Assembly (NCBI GenBank): GCA_965201075.1
Contig: CBDAVP010000016.1
Coordinates: forward strand, 434,001-498,000
Direction: 5' to 3'
DNA from: Isosphaeraceae bacterium
Lineage (GTDB): Bacteria; Planctomycetota; Planctomycetia; Isosphaerales; Isosphaeraceae
Length of the DNA stretch: 64,000 nucleotides
Part shown: positions 50,342 through 59,212 of the stretch, piece after piece
Numbering within the stretch: position 1 is the first letter of the stretch
Layout of the letters: each line of letters starts with the position of its first letter
The notes under the pieces: generated by a model
The model's input: the letters and a program-made list of their open reading frames with translations, nothing else
Database searches by the model: none
What the model was told of the DNA's origin: nothing
Program-made: the position numbers and the translations under genes

Positions 50342-50419
50342 TGGGGGACCGGGGGAGTCGAACCCCCTTGGGACGCGGGCGGTCGCCGAGCGTCGGCCCG
50401 ACCATTACACCACATGCGC
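50342..50419 (-). ncRNA. tRNA-like element / pseudo-tRNA in the HNH gene leader
   Basis: 78 nt: GCGCATG-TG-GTGTAATGGT (tRNA 5'/D-loop pattern)...GGGGG-TTCGACT-CCCCC (perfect T-arm)-GGTCCC-CCA; acceptor strands do not pair. Confidence 0.55.
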
Positions 50420-50538
50420 GACCTTGTCGTCATCCAACCCGTTGAGACATCGCCAAACCTCGGAGGGTTCGAGGCCCGCCCCAACTTGCTACGATGAGGA
50501 AATCTCCAAACGAACCGTCGCGCGAGGGTCCTGGCAGG

Positions 50539-51804
50539 ATGAAGGCGGAAATCATCGCGATCGGCAGCGAACTGGTCAACGGCCAGAAGCTCGACACCAA
50601 CAGTCAGTGGCTTTCCCAACGGCTGGAAGACCTCGGCATCCCCGTCCGGTTCCACGAGAGTCTCGGCGACGACCTGGACGAGAACGTCGAGGGATTCCGC
50701 GTCGCCCTGGGCCGCGCGGGGCTGGTGATCGTTACCGGCGGACTTGGTCCCACGCAGGACGACCTGACTCGCGAGGCCCTCGCCCTGGTCGCCGGCACTC
50801 CTTTGGTGGAAGACGTTGACGCCCTGGAGGCGATCGAATCTCTCTTTGCCCGCCGGGGCCGTCCCATGAGCCCCCGCAACCGCGTCCAGGCCCTGCGCCC
50901 CGAGGGCTCCGTCTCCCTGCCCAACGCCGTCGGCACCGCCCCGGGAGTCTGGTTCCGCGTGGGCGAGTCCTGGATCGCCTGCCTGCCGGGGGTCCCCTAT
51001 GAGATGAAGGCGATGTTCGACGAGTCGGTCGTCCCTCTCCTGCGAGCGGAGGGTCTGACCGGCCGGGTGATTGTTCACCACGTCATCAACCTCTACGGCC
51101 GGGGGGAGTCGGACATCGAGGCCGAGGCGATGGACCTGACCGCGCGGGGCCGTCAGCCCGAGGTGGGCATCACCGCCTCCGACGCCACCATCAGCTTCCG
51201 AATCTCCTCGGCCGGACCCGACGAGGACGCCGCGCTCCTGGCGATGCAACCAACGCTCGACGAGATCCGCCGACGGTTCACCGACCTGATCGTCGGCGAG
51301 GGGACCGAGGACGTCGTCCACGCGCTGGTTCGCGTCCTGAGGGAGGGAGGCCGGACGCTTGCCGTCGCCGAATCCTGCACGGGGGGCTTGGTCGCCCAGC
51401 GAATCACTGCACTGTCCGGCGTCAGCGCCTGTTTTCCCGGCGGCGTGGTGACGTATTCCAATGAAGCGAAGCACGACCTGCTCGGCGTCTCGACCGACCT
51501 CATCGCCTCGGAAGGGGCCGTCAGCCTGGAAGTGGCGAAGGCGATGGCCGCGGGAGTTCGCGACCGCTTCCACGCCGATTTCGGCCTGGCGATCACCGGA
51601 GTCGCCGGCCCCACCGGTGGCAGTCCCGGCAAGCCGATTGGGCTGGTCTACCTCGGCCTCGCCTCGCCGTCGGGCGTTCTGGGGCGCCGGCTCGAACTTG
51701 GCCCGGAGCAGCCGCGGAGCGTCATTCAAAGTCGGGCCGCCAAGCACGCGATGAACTGGGCCCGCCTGCTGATCGTCGACGAACCCCCTGCCCCCTCGGC
51801 GTGA
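50539..51804 (+). CDS. cinA: CinA (MoCF-binding domain + PncC NMN deamidase)
   Basis: MKAEIIAIGSEL, TGGLGPTQDDLT, GTAPG, LPGVPYEM, AESCTGG, TGVAGP. Confidence 0.95.
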   Translation: MKAEIIAIGSELVNGQKLDTNSQWLSQRLEDLGIPVRFHESLGDDLDENVEGFRVALGRAGLVIVTGGLGPTQDDLTREALALVAGTPLVEDVDALEAIESLFARRGRPMSPRNRVQALRPEGSVSLPNAVGTAPGVWFRVGESWIACLPGVPYEMKAMFDESVVPLLRAEGLTGRVIVHHVINLYGRGESDIEAEAMDLTARGRQPEVGITASDATISFRISSAGPDEDAALLAMQPTLDEIRRRFTDLIVGEGTEDVVHALVRVLREGGRTLAVAESCTGGLVAQRITALSGVSACFPGGVVTYSNEAKHDLLGVSTDLIASEGAVSLEVAKAMAAGVRDRFHADFGLAITGVAGPTGGSPGKPIGLVYLGLASPSGVLGRRLELGPEQPRSVIQSRAAKHAMNWARLLIVDEPPAPSA

Positions 51805-51817
51805 ACCACCCGAGGGC

Positions 51818-52579
51818 TCAGGGAGCGTCAGACTCTCGAGGCGGCTCGGCCCAAACCTCCGCCGCCCCAGGTTGATCGACCCGCAACCGCGTGGTCGCCT
51901 CGTCGAGCCGTCGCAGACGATCGCCCCCTTGTTGATGAAGGGCGTCCAGCAGCCGACGCGCCTGGTTGGCCGCCGCGTTTCCAGGCTTCGCGGCGAGCCG
52001 GGTCAAAATCGCCTCGCCCGAGGGATCGCCACCGGCAACACGAGCGAACGCCACCCAGGCCCCGAGGCAATCGTCCCCAGTCTGGCCCAGCTCCACGAGG
52101 GCGACGGTTGGGAATTGGGTCCCGCTCACTGCGGCATAGGCGATCGGCCGGGCCAGCAGCACCCGGAGCCAGTCCGGCCAGCCCCGACTGCGGGCGATCG
52201 CCAGGGCATAGGCTCGCGGATCATTCTGGGCGGCCTCGGCGGTCAAAGACTCGGCCAGGACGTAGCGGGCCCGGGGGGGCAGACCCTTCTGTCGCTCGAC
52301 CATCTCGAACCGCTGCCGCTGATTCACGCGGGGGTCGCGACTCAGCGCCACGGCCGCTGCAATCCGCTCAGGCTCCGGCCGGTTCGCGTCATGAAGGACG
52401 TAGATCGAGTGCCAGACCCCTCGCATCGCGACCAGTTGCCAGGAGAACCAGCCGATCATCCCGACCAGGATCACCAGGCCGGAGATCCCGATCGGCAGCA
52501 TCGCGCCATACTTCTCCGCCGTCGTCTTGCGAGGCGGGTTGGGCGTGACAATCGGCAGCGTGGGAAAATGCGGCGGCAT
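51818..52579 (-). CDS. Hypothetical membrane-anchored alpha-helical protein
   Basis: One N-terminal TM (LPIGISGLVILVGMIGWFSW) then an Ala/Leu/Arg-rich helical region; start uncertain. Confidence 0.65.
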   Translation of the reverse strand: MPPHFPTLPIVTPNPPRKTTAEKYGAMLPIGISGLVILVGMIGWFSWQLVAMRGVWHSIYVLHDANRPEPERIAAAVALSRDPRVNQRQRFEMVERQKGLPPRARYVLAESLTAEAAQNDPRAYALAIARSRGWPDWLRVLLARPIAYAAVSGTQFPTVALVELGQTGDDCLGAWVAFARVAGGDPSGEAILTRLAAKPGNAAANQARRLLDALHQQGGDRLRRLDEATTRLRVDQPGAAEVWAEPPRESDAP

Positions 52580-52704
52580 GGTCGCCCGACCTCGGAGGGG
52601 AAGTGCCACGAACCCTTTTCCCATTCTACTCGCCCCGCGAATTCCACGCCGCGTCACGGGCGCGGTAAGCTGTCGGGGTGTCTGGGGAACTGGGGGGTTG
52701 AGCC

Positions 52705-53871
52705 TTGAAGTTGAAGCGTCGGCCCGAGGATTTCCAGGTCGAGGAGTTGCCGATCGTCACGCCGGGCGATCGCGGCCGGTTCACCTTCTACCGCTTGACC
52801 AAGCGGGGACTGGGGACGATCGAGGCGTTGGAGGCGATCCGCCGTCGCTGGAACCTCGCCGCCGACCAGATTCGCCACGGCGGTCTGAAGGACCGGCACG
52901 CCGAGACCGTCCAGTATCTGACGATCCTTGATGGCCCCCGCCGCGCCTTGCACGAGACGAACCTGGACCTGGAACCGCTGGGGGCGCTTTCGCATCCTTA
53001 CGGCCCGGCCTCGTTTCGGGGGAACCGCTTCGGCCTGGTCCTGCGCGACCTGTCCGCCCCCGCGCTGCGGGCGGCGACGCTGGCCATCGGTCAGATTCCC
53101 CGCGACGGACTGCCCAACTACTTCGATGACCAGCGATTCGGCTCGGTCGGGTTCGACGGCGGTTTCATCGCCCAGGCCTGGCTGGTGGGCGACCACGAGC
53201 GGGCCTTGCGCCTCGCCCTGGCCGAGCCCAACCTCGCCGACCGGCCCGACACCAAGGAGGAAAAGGCGATCCTCCGCGACCACTGGGGAGACTGGCCAAC
53301 CGCCAAGGCCAAACTCAATCGCTCGCACGCCCGAAGCCTCGTCACTTACCTGGTTGACCACCCCACCGACTTCCGAGGCGCCTTCGCTCGCGTCCATCGA
53401 GACCTCCGCTCCCTCTACTTCTCGGCCTATCAAAGCTATCTCTGGAACCTTCTGCTGGGGGCGTTGATCGAGCGTCATACCCGCGACGATCAACGAGTTC
53501 CCATCGACTTCAAGGTCGGAACCCTCCCGCTCCACCGCGGTCTCGACGCCGTCCAGGCCGCCGCCCTGAGGTCCTGGCAAGTCCCGCTGCCCGCCTCACG
53601 AACCCCCCTTCCGGAAGGTCCCGCCAGGGACCTGGCCCTGAGCGTTCTCGAACCAATGGGTCTGGTTTGGGAAGATTTGCGAGTCAAGCACCTCAAGGAC
53701 GTTTTCTTCTCCAAGGGAACACGCCCCGCCCTTTTCTTCCCGAGCGAACTGCGCCACGACGCGGCTGACGACGGCCTGTATCCGGGTCGACACGCCTTGC
53801 ATCTGAGTTTCGAATTGCCCAAGGGAGCCTACGCCACGCTGCTGGTCAAACGAGTCACGGAGGCCGCATGA
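52705..53871 (+). CDS. truD: tRNA pseudouridine(13) synthase
   Basis: PEDFQVEE, GLKDRHA..Q, GNRF, PNYFDDQRFG, SAYQSYLWN, FELPKGAYAT. Confidence 0.93.
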   Translation: MKLKRRPEDFQVEELPIVTPGDRGRFTFYRLTKRGLGTIEALEAIRRRWNLAADQIRHGGLKDRHAETVQYLTILDGPRRALHETNLDLEPLGALSHPYGPASFRGNRFGLVLRDLSAPALRAATLAIGQIPRDGLPNYFDDQRFGSVGFDGGFIAQAWLVGDHERALRLALAEPNLADRPDTKEEKAILRDHWGDWPTAKAKLNRSHARSLVTYLVDHPTDFRGAFARVHRDLRSLYFSAYQSYLWNLLLGALIERHTRDDQRVPIDFKVGTLPLHRGLDAVQAAALRSWQVPLPASRTPLPEGPARDLALSVLEPMGLVWEDLRVKHLKDVFFSKGTRPALFFPSELRHDAADDGLYPGRHALHLSFELPKGAYATLLVKRVTEAA

Positions 53872-54566
53872 TCGGCCGGCTGGACCCGGTCGTCCTGTAC
53901 GAGGACAACCATTGCCTGGCGGTCCACAAGCCAGCCGGTCTGCTTTCCCAGGGGGACGAGACCGGCGACCCCAACCTTGTCGACTGGGCCCGCGACGACT
54001 TGAAACGCCGTCATGCCCGGCCCGGCAACGTCTTCGTCGGCCTGGTCCACCGTCTGGATCGGCCCGTTTCCGGCGTGATCTTGCTGGCCCGCACCAGCAA
54101 GGCCGCGTCCCGCCTCTCGTCGCAGTTCCGAGACGGTTCGATCGCCAAGGTTTACCGAGCGATCGTCGAGGGCTCGGTGCCCCTCAATGAAGGGCACTGG
54201 GTCGACACCCTCCGAAAGGATCGCGGGCTCAATCTCGTCTCAACCGTCGAGGAGAACGCCCCGGATGGCCGCGAGGCCTGGCTGGACTTCACCGTGCGAG
54301 GTCGCCAGGTCGGTACGACCGAAATCGAGCTACGACCCGGCACGGGCCGGGGCCACCAACTGCGAGTCCAGCTTGCCTCTCGGGGATTCCCCATCCTTGG
54401 CGACCGAAAATACGGCGCCCGTTCGTCGGTGCGGGCCGCCGATGGCGGTTGGCGAATTGCCCTGCATGCTCAGTCGTTGCGGTTCAAACATCCGACGAAG
54501 GAGGAAGTGCTTTTGATCGAGGCACCGGAGCCGGCAGACTGGCCGGTCGGTGTCCACGAAGGCTAA
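53868..54566 (+). CDS. RluA-family pseudouridine synthase
   Basis: KPAGLLSQ, VHRLDRPVSG, GTGRGHQLRVQL, PILGDRKYG, ALHA; ATGA overlap with truD. Confidence 0.93.
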   Translation: MIGRLDPVVLYEDNHCLAVHKPAGLLSQGDETGDPNLVDWARDDLKRRHARPGNVFVGLVHRLDRPVSGVILLARTSKAASRLSSQFRDGSIAKVYRAIVEGSVPLNEGHWVDTLRKDRGLNLVSTVEENAPDGREAWLDFTVRGRQVGTTEIELRPGTGRGHQLRVQLASRGFPILGDRKYGARSSVRAADGGWRIALHAQSLRFKHPTKEEVLLIEAPEPADWPVGVHEG

Positions 54567-56001
54567 GGGTATTGCATCCCCAGTAGGCGAACGGGACACC
54601 CAGCGCCGTCGCAGCCAACGCCGCGTACGAATGCCACCCTGTCGAGTCAGGTCCGCCCGCCGTCGGCGTCGGGGTCGGGTCGGGAACCATTGTCGGCTTG
54701 CGAGATTCGAGCGGGAGTGGTTCCGTGGGCAAGACCGCCGCGGCCGGGGTCGAGGCTGGAGTTGAGGTTGAGCGTGGGGCGAGAGTCTCCAGATAAGCGT
54801 CCGCCGAGGCCCGCACCGACGGACTCAACGGGCCCAGGGCTTCGGCGTCTCGCAGGGCCGTTGCCCGATCGGTATGGTCGACCGTCACGCGATGGATGTA
54901 CCACAAAAGGGCTGCCCGCGACCCGTCCGCGTCGCAAAAGTAAAGTGGGCGAGCCTCAACGGCGGCCAACTCCGCCTCGAATCGCTTGATGAGGGCACCA
55001 TCGAGCGAGGTCTCGGCAACCGGCAAGTAAACCTGCCGCAATCCCTGATGAGCCACCGCCGCGAAGTCCTCGGCGTGAACCTGCCCGGGCTCTCGTAGGT
55101 CGAGAATCGTCCGATATGACTTCTCGGCCAGCCAGGCCAGACCCGGAGCCGACGGATAACTTCCCCCGGCCAGTTGTCGATCGACGACCTGGAAATGGGC
55201 GATGCCGACCGCCACGCTGACGGGAACGTCGCGATCGGTCGTCACTTCGGACGCGGAGGCGGTCTCGGGGACCCCCGTTGCCTCGGGCGCGGGTGAGGAG
55301 TCAGCGGTGGATTTCGCGACAGTGGCCGCATCGGTCAGGGGTGAAGGTTGAGTCGGTTCGGGAGGGGTGTCGGTCGCCTCGGGGGGCGGGAGGTTGTCGA
55401 CCAGGTTCTCGGAGAGGGTCACTCCCAGATGGGAACCCCGACCTGGGGCCGACCGGGGGGTCGGCTCCAGGTTGGGGAGGGTCCGGGCCAGGCGACCGCC
55501 CCCGTTGGGGGCGGACCTGGACTGGTAAGTCGTGGTATAGCCCGACTTGGTTGGCGAGTTGGCTGGGGTCGAGTTGGTGCCCGAACCCGCCGGGCTGCTG
55601 CCCGAACTCCGAGAGGTGGGAGCCGGTTCGTCGGCCGGCGACAGGTCGGGGATCGTTCCCGCCGGTTCGGCCGGGGTTGCCGGCGAGAGCGGAGTCAACG
55701 GCGCGGCGCCTGGCACGATCACCCCGGGGGAAGCCACTGCCGCCCCTTCGATCACCGTGCCGCCAACCGCCCCCCCGCAGCAACCGCCTGGGTCTCGACG
55801 ACGGAAGAAGATGCGGGTCCGTCGCAGGCCACCAAGGCCCCCGCACGAACCACAGCCGCCGCCGATGCCGTTGGACTCCAGGAACGAGCAGCCGTCCAGG
55901 GTCATCGCCCCGATCGCCACCGCGATCAGGGCCAGTCTCATCATCCAAAACGGGCGGCCCCGGGCCGTCCCGTCGGCGTCGAGCCGTCGCAGCCTCTTCA
56001 T
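54484..56001 (-). CDS. Putative lipoprotein with a Pro/Ser/Thr linker, a DUF442/PTP-like (CX5R) domain and a C-terminal TM
   Basis: GGAGG RBS; lipobox-like LDGC; YRTILDLR..PLYFCDADGSRA; C-terminal hydrophobic helix; 83-nt convergent overlap with rluA. Confidence 0.72.
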   Translation of the reverse strand: MKRLRRLDADGTARGRPFWMMRLALIAVAIGAMTLDGCSFLESNGIGGGCGSCGGLGGLRRTRIFFRRRDPGGCCGGAVGGTVIEGAAVASPGVIVPGAAPLTPLSPATPAEPAGTIPDLSPADEPAPTSRSSGSSPAGSGTNSTPANSPTKSGYTTTYQSRSAPNGGGRLARTLPNLEPTPRSAPGRGSHLGVTLSENLVDNLPPPEATDTPPEPTQPSPLTDAATVAKSTADSSPAPEATGVPETASASEVTTDRDVPVSVAVGIAHFQVVDRQLAGGSYPSAPGLAWLAEKSYRTILDLREPGQVHAEDFAAVAHQGLRQVYLPVAETSLDGALIKRFEAELAAVEARPLYFCDADGSRAALLWYIHRVTVDHTDRATALRDAEALGPLSPSVRASADAYLETLAPRSTSTPASTPAAAVLPTEPLPLESRKPTMVPDPTPTPTAGGPDSTGWHSYAALAATALGVPFAYWGCNTLSLRGHRPASLPAPVPRSKALPPSSDV

Positions 56002-56046
56002 AGGAGTATCCTCCGGTCGCTCGACACCCCGCCAGCCGCTAGCAAA

Positions 56047-56087
56047 ATTCCGAATCCCAATTCCCCGTGGGGATCTGGATTCGGAAT
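56047..56087 (-). terminator. Strong hairpin with a short T-run, 45 nt upstream of the 56001 start
   Basis: 11-bp perfect stem ATTCCGAATCC/GGATTCGGAAT plus inner TCCCC/GGGGA, then TTT on the minus strand. Confidence 0.4.
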
Positions 56088-56399
56088 CACACCAGAAAGG
56101 CTGGAGGCGGACCGTGAGGGGACGCTCATGGGTGTCGATCCTGAAACGGGACTGACAACCACCCCCAGGACCATCGCCGTCAAGGGAGCGAAGATCGAAC
56201 GGCCCGTCGACCCGAAGGCCCCCGAGACTCATCCCATCACCACATCCCAAGCCGTCCGACCCGCCCCGAAGGGAATCGCCGTTGAACTCTATCCGACGAT
56301 CCGGCGGTTGCCAAAATTTCGGTGATCTCCGTAGAATATGAGCCTTCCGACCCTCGGTTGAGCCCCGCAAATCTTTCCCAATCCTCAACGGCGACCGGC

Positions 56400-57728
56400 A
56401 TGCGTCCTTCTGCCCCACCGCCGGCCGTCTCGCCAGGTTTTCGCGGACGCCTGGGAGGGTTGGTGGTGGGCCTGGCCGCCCTGATCGCCTTCGCCAGCGG
56501 GTTGCGCGAGGAGCCCCACTTCGTCGACGAGTCGGCCATCATCGCCAAGTCGTATTTCGTCGATCTCGTGCTCCCCGGGGGCCGCGACCATCCAGCCTGG
56601 CTGTCCTACGGCGCGTACGACCACCCCCCCCTCGGCCAGTATCTGACCGGCCTGGCGTTGAGGATGACCGGGGAGCCCTTTCCCAACCCGCGAGTCTTCC
56701 GAGACTGGCAGCGTAATACCGCGACCCGGGGCGAATCGAACTCGGCCCTGGTCGCCGCCCGCTGGCCGTCGGCCATTCTGGGAGCGGTCGGCTGCGTCGC
56801 GATCGCCGCGATCGGGACCTTGATCGGCGGGCCAAGAGTCGGCGTCCTCGCGGCGGTCCTTCTGGCGATCAACCCGCTGTACGCCCTCCACGCCCGTCGA
56901 GCCATGGCCGACGTCCCCTGCCAGGCGTTTCTCTTGTTGACGCTCGCCCTGGGCTTGAGAAACTGGAAGAACATCCTGAGCGACCAGGGTTCGACAAGCT
57001 CCGCGCTGGTTCTGGCGGGGGCCTCGGGCGTTTGCGGAGGGTTGACCGCGCTGGCCAAACTCAACGGCTTGATGGCGATGGTCGCGGTGGGGGGGTGGCT
57101 GGGGCTCGCGGTCGTCCTTCCCGGAATCGCGCGGGATCGGAAACTTAGACTCGCGGGCCTGACCGTTGTTTCCGCCCTGGTCGCGATGGGCACCTTCCTC
57201 GTCCTGAATCCGACCCTCACCGCCAAACCTGGTCGCGGCGAGGCGTCCCAAAGTGGAATCATCGAGCGAGTACGCCTGATGCTTCGCCACCGGGTCGAGG
57301 TTTCCCAGGGAGCCAAAACCCAGTTTCCCGATGACGCGTTGCGCAGGCCAATCGAAAAGGTGGAAGTCGCGGCCGTGCAGGGGTTTGGCCGATTCGGACC
57401 GTTTGGTCCCCGCCACTCCGATTCCACCCGCCGATTCGACTGGAAGCAGGACCGAGGGGCTTTGATCTGGCTCCCCTGGGTGGCCGTCGGGTTGGCATGG
57501 GCCGTGTGGCGTGGGCGGGTCCAAAAGAAGGACGGCGATCCCCCCACAGCGTGGGCGGTCGCTCTGTCGGCGTTGCTGACCCTGGCCGCCGTGACGGCCT
57601 TCCTCCCTCTCGCCTGGGACCGCTACCTGCTGGATCTTCAGCCAATGAGTGCCCTTCTGGCGGCGGGCGTCGCCGCGGCGGGACTCGAACGGCTCCGAGG
57701 GCGACCCGTGCCGGCGGAGTCCTCATGA
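56400..57728 (+). CDS. GT-C fold (PMT/ArnT-like) membrane glycosyltransferase
   Basis: FVDES acidic motif after TM1, DHPPLG, ARWPS, ARRAMAD, AKLNG; multiple TMs. Confidence 0.82.
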   Translation: MRPSAPPPAVSPGFRGRLGGLVVGLAALIAFASGLREEPHFVDESAIIAKSYFVDLVLPGGRDHPAWLSYGAYDHPPLGQYLTGLALRMTGEPFPNPRVFRDWQRNTATRGESNSALVAARWPSAILGAVGCVAIAAIGTLIGGPRVGVLAAVLLAINPLYALHARRAMADVPCQAFLLLTLALGLRNWKNILSDQGSTSSALVLAGASGVCGGLTALAKLNGLMAMVAVGGWLGLAVVLPGIARDRKLRLAGLTVVSALVAMGTFLVLNPTLTAKPGRGEASQSGIIERVRLMLRHRVEVSQGAKTQFPDDALRRPIEKVEVAAVQGFGRFGPFGPRHSDSTRRFDWKQDRGALIWLPWVAVGLAWAVWRGRVQKKDGDPPTAWAVALSALLTLAAVTAFLPLAWDRYLLDLQPMSALLAAGVAAAGLERLRGRPVPAESS

Positions 57729-59212
57729 GTCGGCCCCAACACGCGGCCGACGCGGCTCCCTGGGTCTTCGCGATCCTGCTGGCGAGCTACGGCTTCTTCT
57801 GGCACTCCCGAGACTGGAATACTGCCAGCCGCCTGATGCTGACCTACAGCCTGGTCGACCGGGGGACGATCCGGATCGACGGCCTCGAAAGGCAGACGGG
57901 GGATCGCGCCCGCTTCGAGGGGCATTCCTATACCGACAAGCTTCCCGGCTTTCCGCTGCTGGCGACTCCCGCCTACGCCGCGGCCAAAGTCCTCCGGGGC
58001 CTGCCCGATCACCCTCTCGGTGTTCCCGGTCTCCCTCACTGGGAGGCCGACTACTGGACCACCTTGGGAACCTCCGGCCTGGCGACCGCCCTGCTCGGTG
58101 CCCTGCTGGTCCGCTGGTCGCGCGACCTCGGGTGCGGGTCGGGGTCGTCGGCGTTGGTGGGTCTGGCGTATGGTCTGGCCACTCCGGCTTACACCTATGC
58201 GACCCTGGCGTATGGGCATCAAGTCTCCGCCCTGGCGTTGCTCGCGGCGTTTCGCTGGATCTGGAACGCACCCGGATCGAACCGAGTGGCGGGACGGCTG
58301 GCGATGGCTGGATTCGCCTCGGCGACGGCGGCGGTCATCGAGTTACAGGTCGGCCCCGTGGCGGCGGTCCTGGGCGGATATGGCGTCGCCCTGGCCCTCG
58401 GCGGGCGTATCCCGGCCTCTGGGGTCGCGGCGTTTGGTCTGGGGGCGGTCGTTCCGTCGTTGGTGCTTCTGGGTTACAACCAACTCGCTTACGGCTCGCC
58501 CTGGGACATGGGCTATTTCCACGAGGTCCACAGCCAATTCGCCCGGGTTCACTCCCGGGCGAACCCACTGGGCCTGGGCGGTCCGGACTGGTCTCGATTG
58601 CTGCCGTTGCTGGTCGGTCGTCGTCGAGGGTTGCTGGTGTTCGCCCCGGTGCTCCTCCTCGCGGCGCCGGGTTGGTTCGCCCTGGTGGCCCGGCGGTTCG
58701 CGGGGGTGGCGATCGTCTCACTGGCGGCCTGCGTGGCGGTCTTCCTGGTGAACCTGAGCTATCCCGAGTGGACGGGAGGCTGGTCGACTGGCCCCCGGCT
58801 ACTGGTCCCACTGCTGCCCTTCGCGATGCTGGCCGTGGCCGGTGCCCTGGCCTCGGGCGGTTGGGCCGCCACCGCGCCGGCGATTGCCCTGACCCTTTGC
58901 GGGGCCCTGGCGATGCTGCTCTATCAAGGAGTCGGGGGGCGAATCCCCCACGCCTACCCGGACCCCCTGCTCGACCCGGTCTGGCCACTCTGGCGGGGCG
59001 ACCTCTTGCCGTCGGGCTGGGTCAACGGGGAGCGCTTCTCCTGGACCCTGGTTTCCTGGCTCGCCCCCGAGCGGTTGGACCAGTGGCCCGAATCGCGACG
59101 ATGGGTCCAGTTCCTGCCCCTTGTCGCCTTCCAGTTGGTGGCGATCGGCCTGACCTTCCGCCTTTGCCGATCGCCAGACGCCCCGACCCGGGTCAGGCCG
59201 CGCGATCCTTGA
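57725..59212 (+). CDS. Polytopic membrane protein, probable GT-C glycosyltransferase
   Basis: DWNTASR, YTDKLPG, RGLLVFAP, W.GGWSTGPRLL; ATGA overlap with the upstream gene. Confidence 0.7.
   Translation: MSRPQHAADAAPWVFAILLASYGFFWHSRDWNTASRLMLTYSLVDRGTIRIDGLERQTGDRARFEGHSYTDKLPGFPLLATPAYAAAKVLRGLPDHPLGVPGLPHWEADYWTTLGTSGLATALLGALLVRWSRDLGCGSGSSALVGLAYGLATPAYTYATLAYGHQVSALALLAAFRWIWNAPGSNRVAGRLAMAGFASATAAVIELQVGPVAAVLGGYGVALALGGRIPASGVAAFGLGAVVPSLVLLGYNQLAYGSPWDMGYFHEVHSQFARVHSRANPLGLGGPDWSRLLPLLVGRRRGLLVFAPVLLLAAPGWFALVARRFAGVAIVSLAACVAVFLVNLSYPEWTGGWSTGPRLLVPLLPFAMLAVAGALASGGWAATAPAIALTLCGALAMLLYQGVGGRIPHAYPDPLLDPVWPLWRGDLLPSGWVNGERFSWTLVSWLAPERLDQWPESRRWVQFLPLVAFQLVAIGLTFRLCRSPDAPTRVRPRDP

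Noticed and set aside
50342..50419. Functional tRNA or tmRNA 3' end
   Set aside because: Acceptor strands are not complementary, there is no anticodon stem, and no matching tmRNA 5' end or tag ORF was seen
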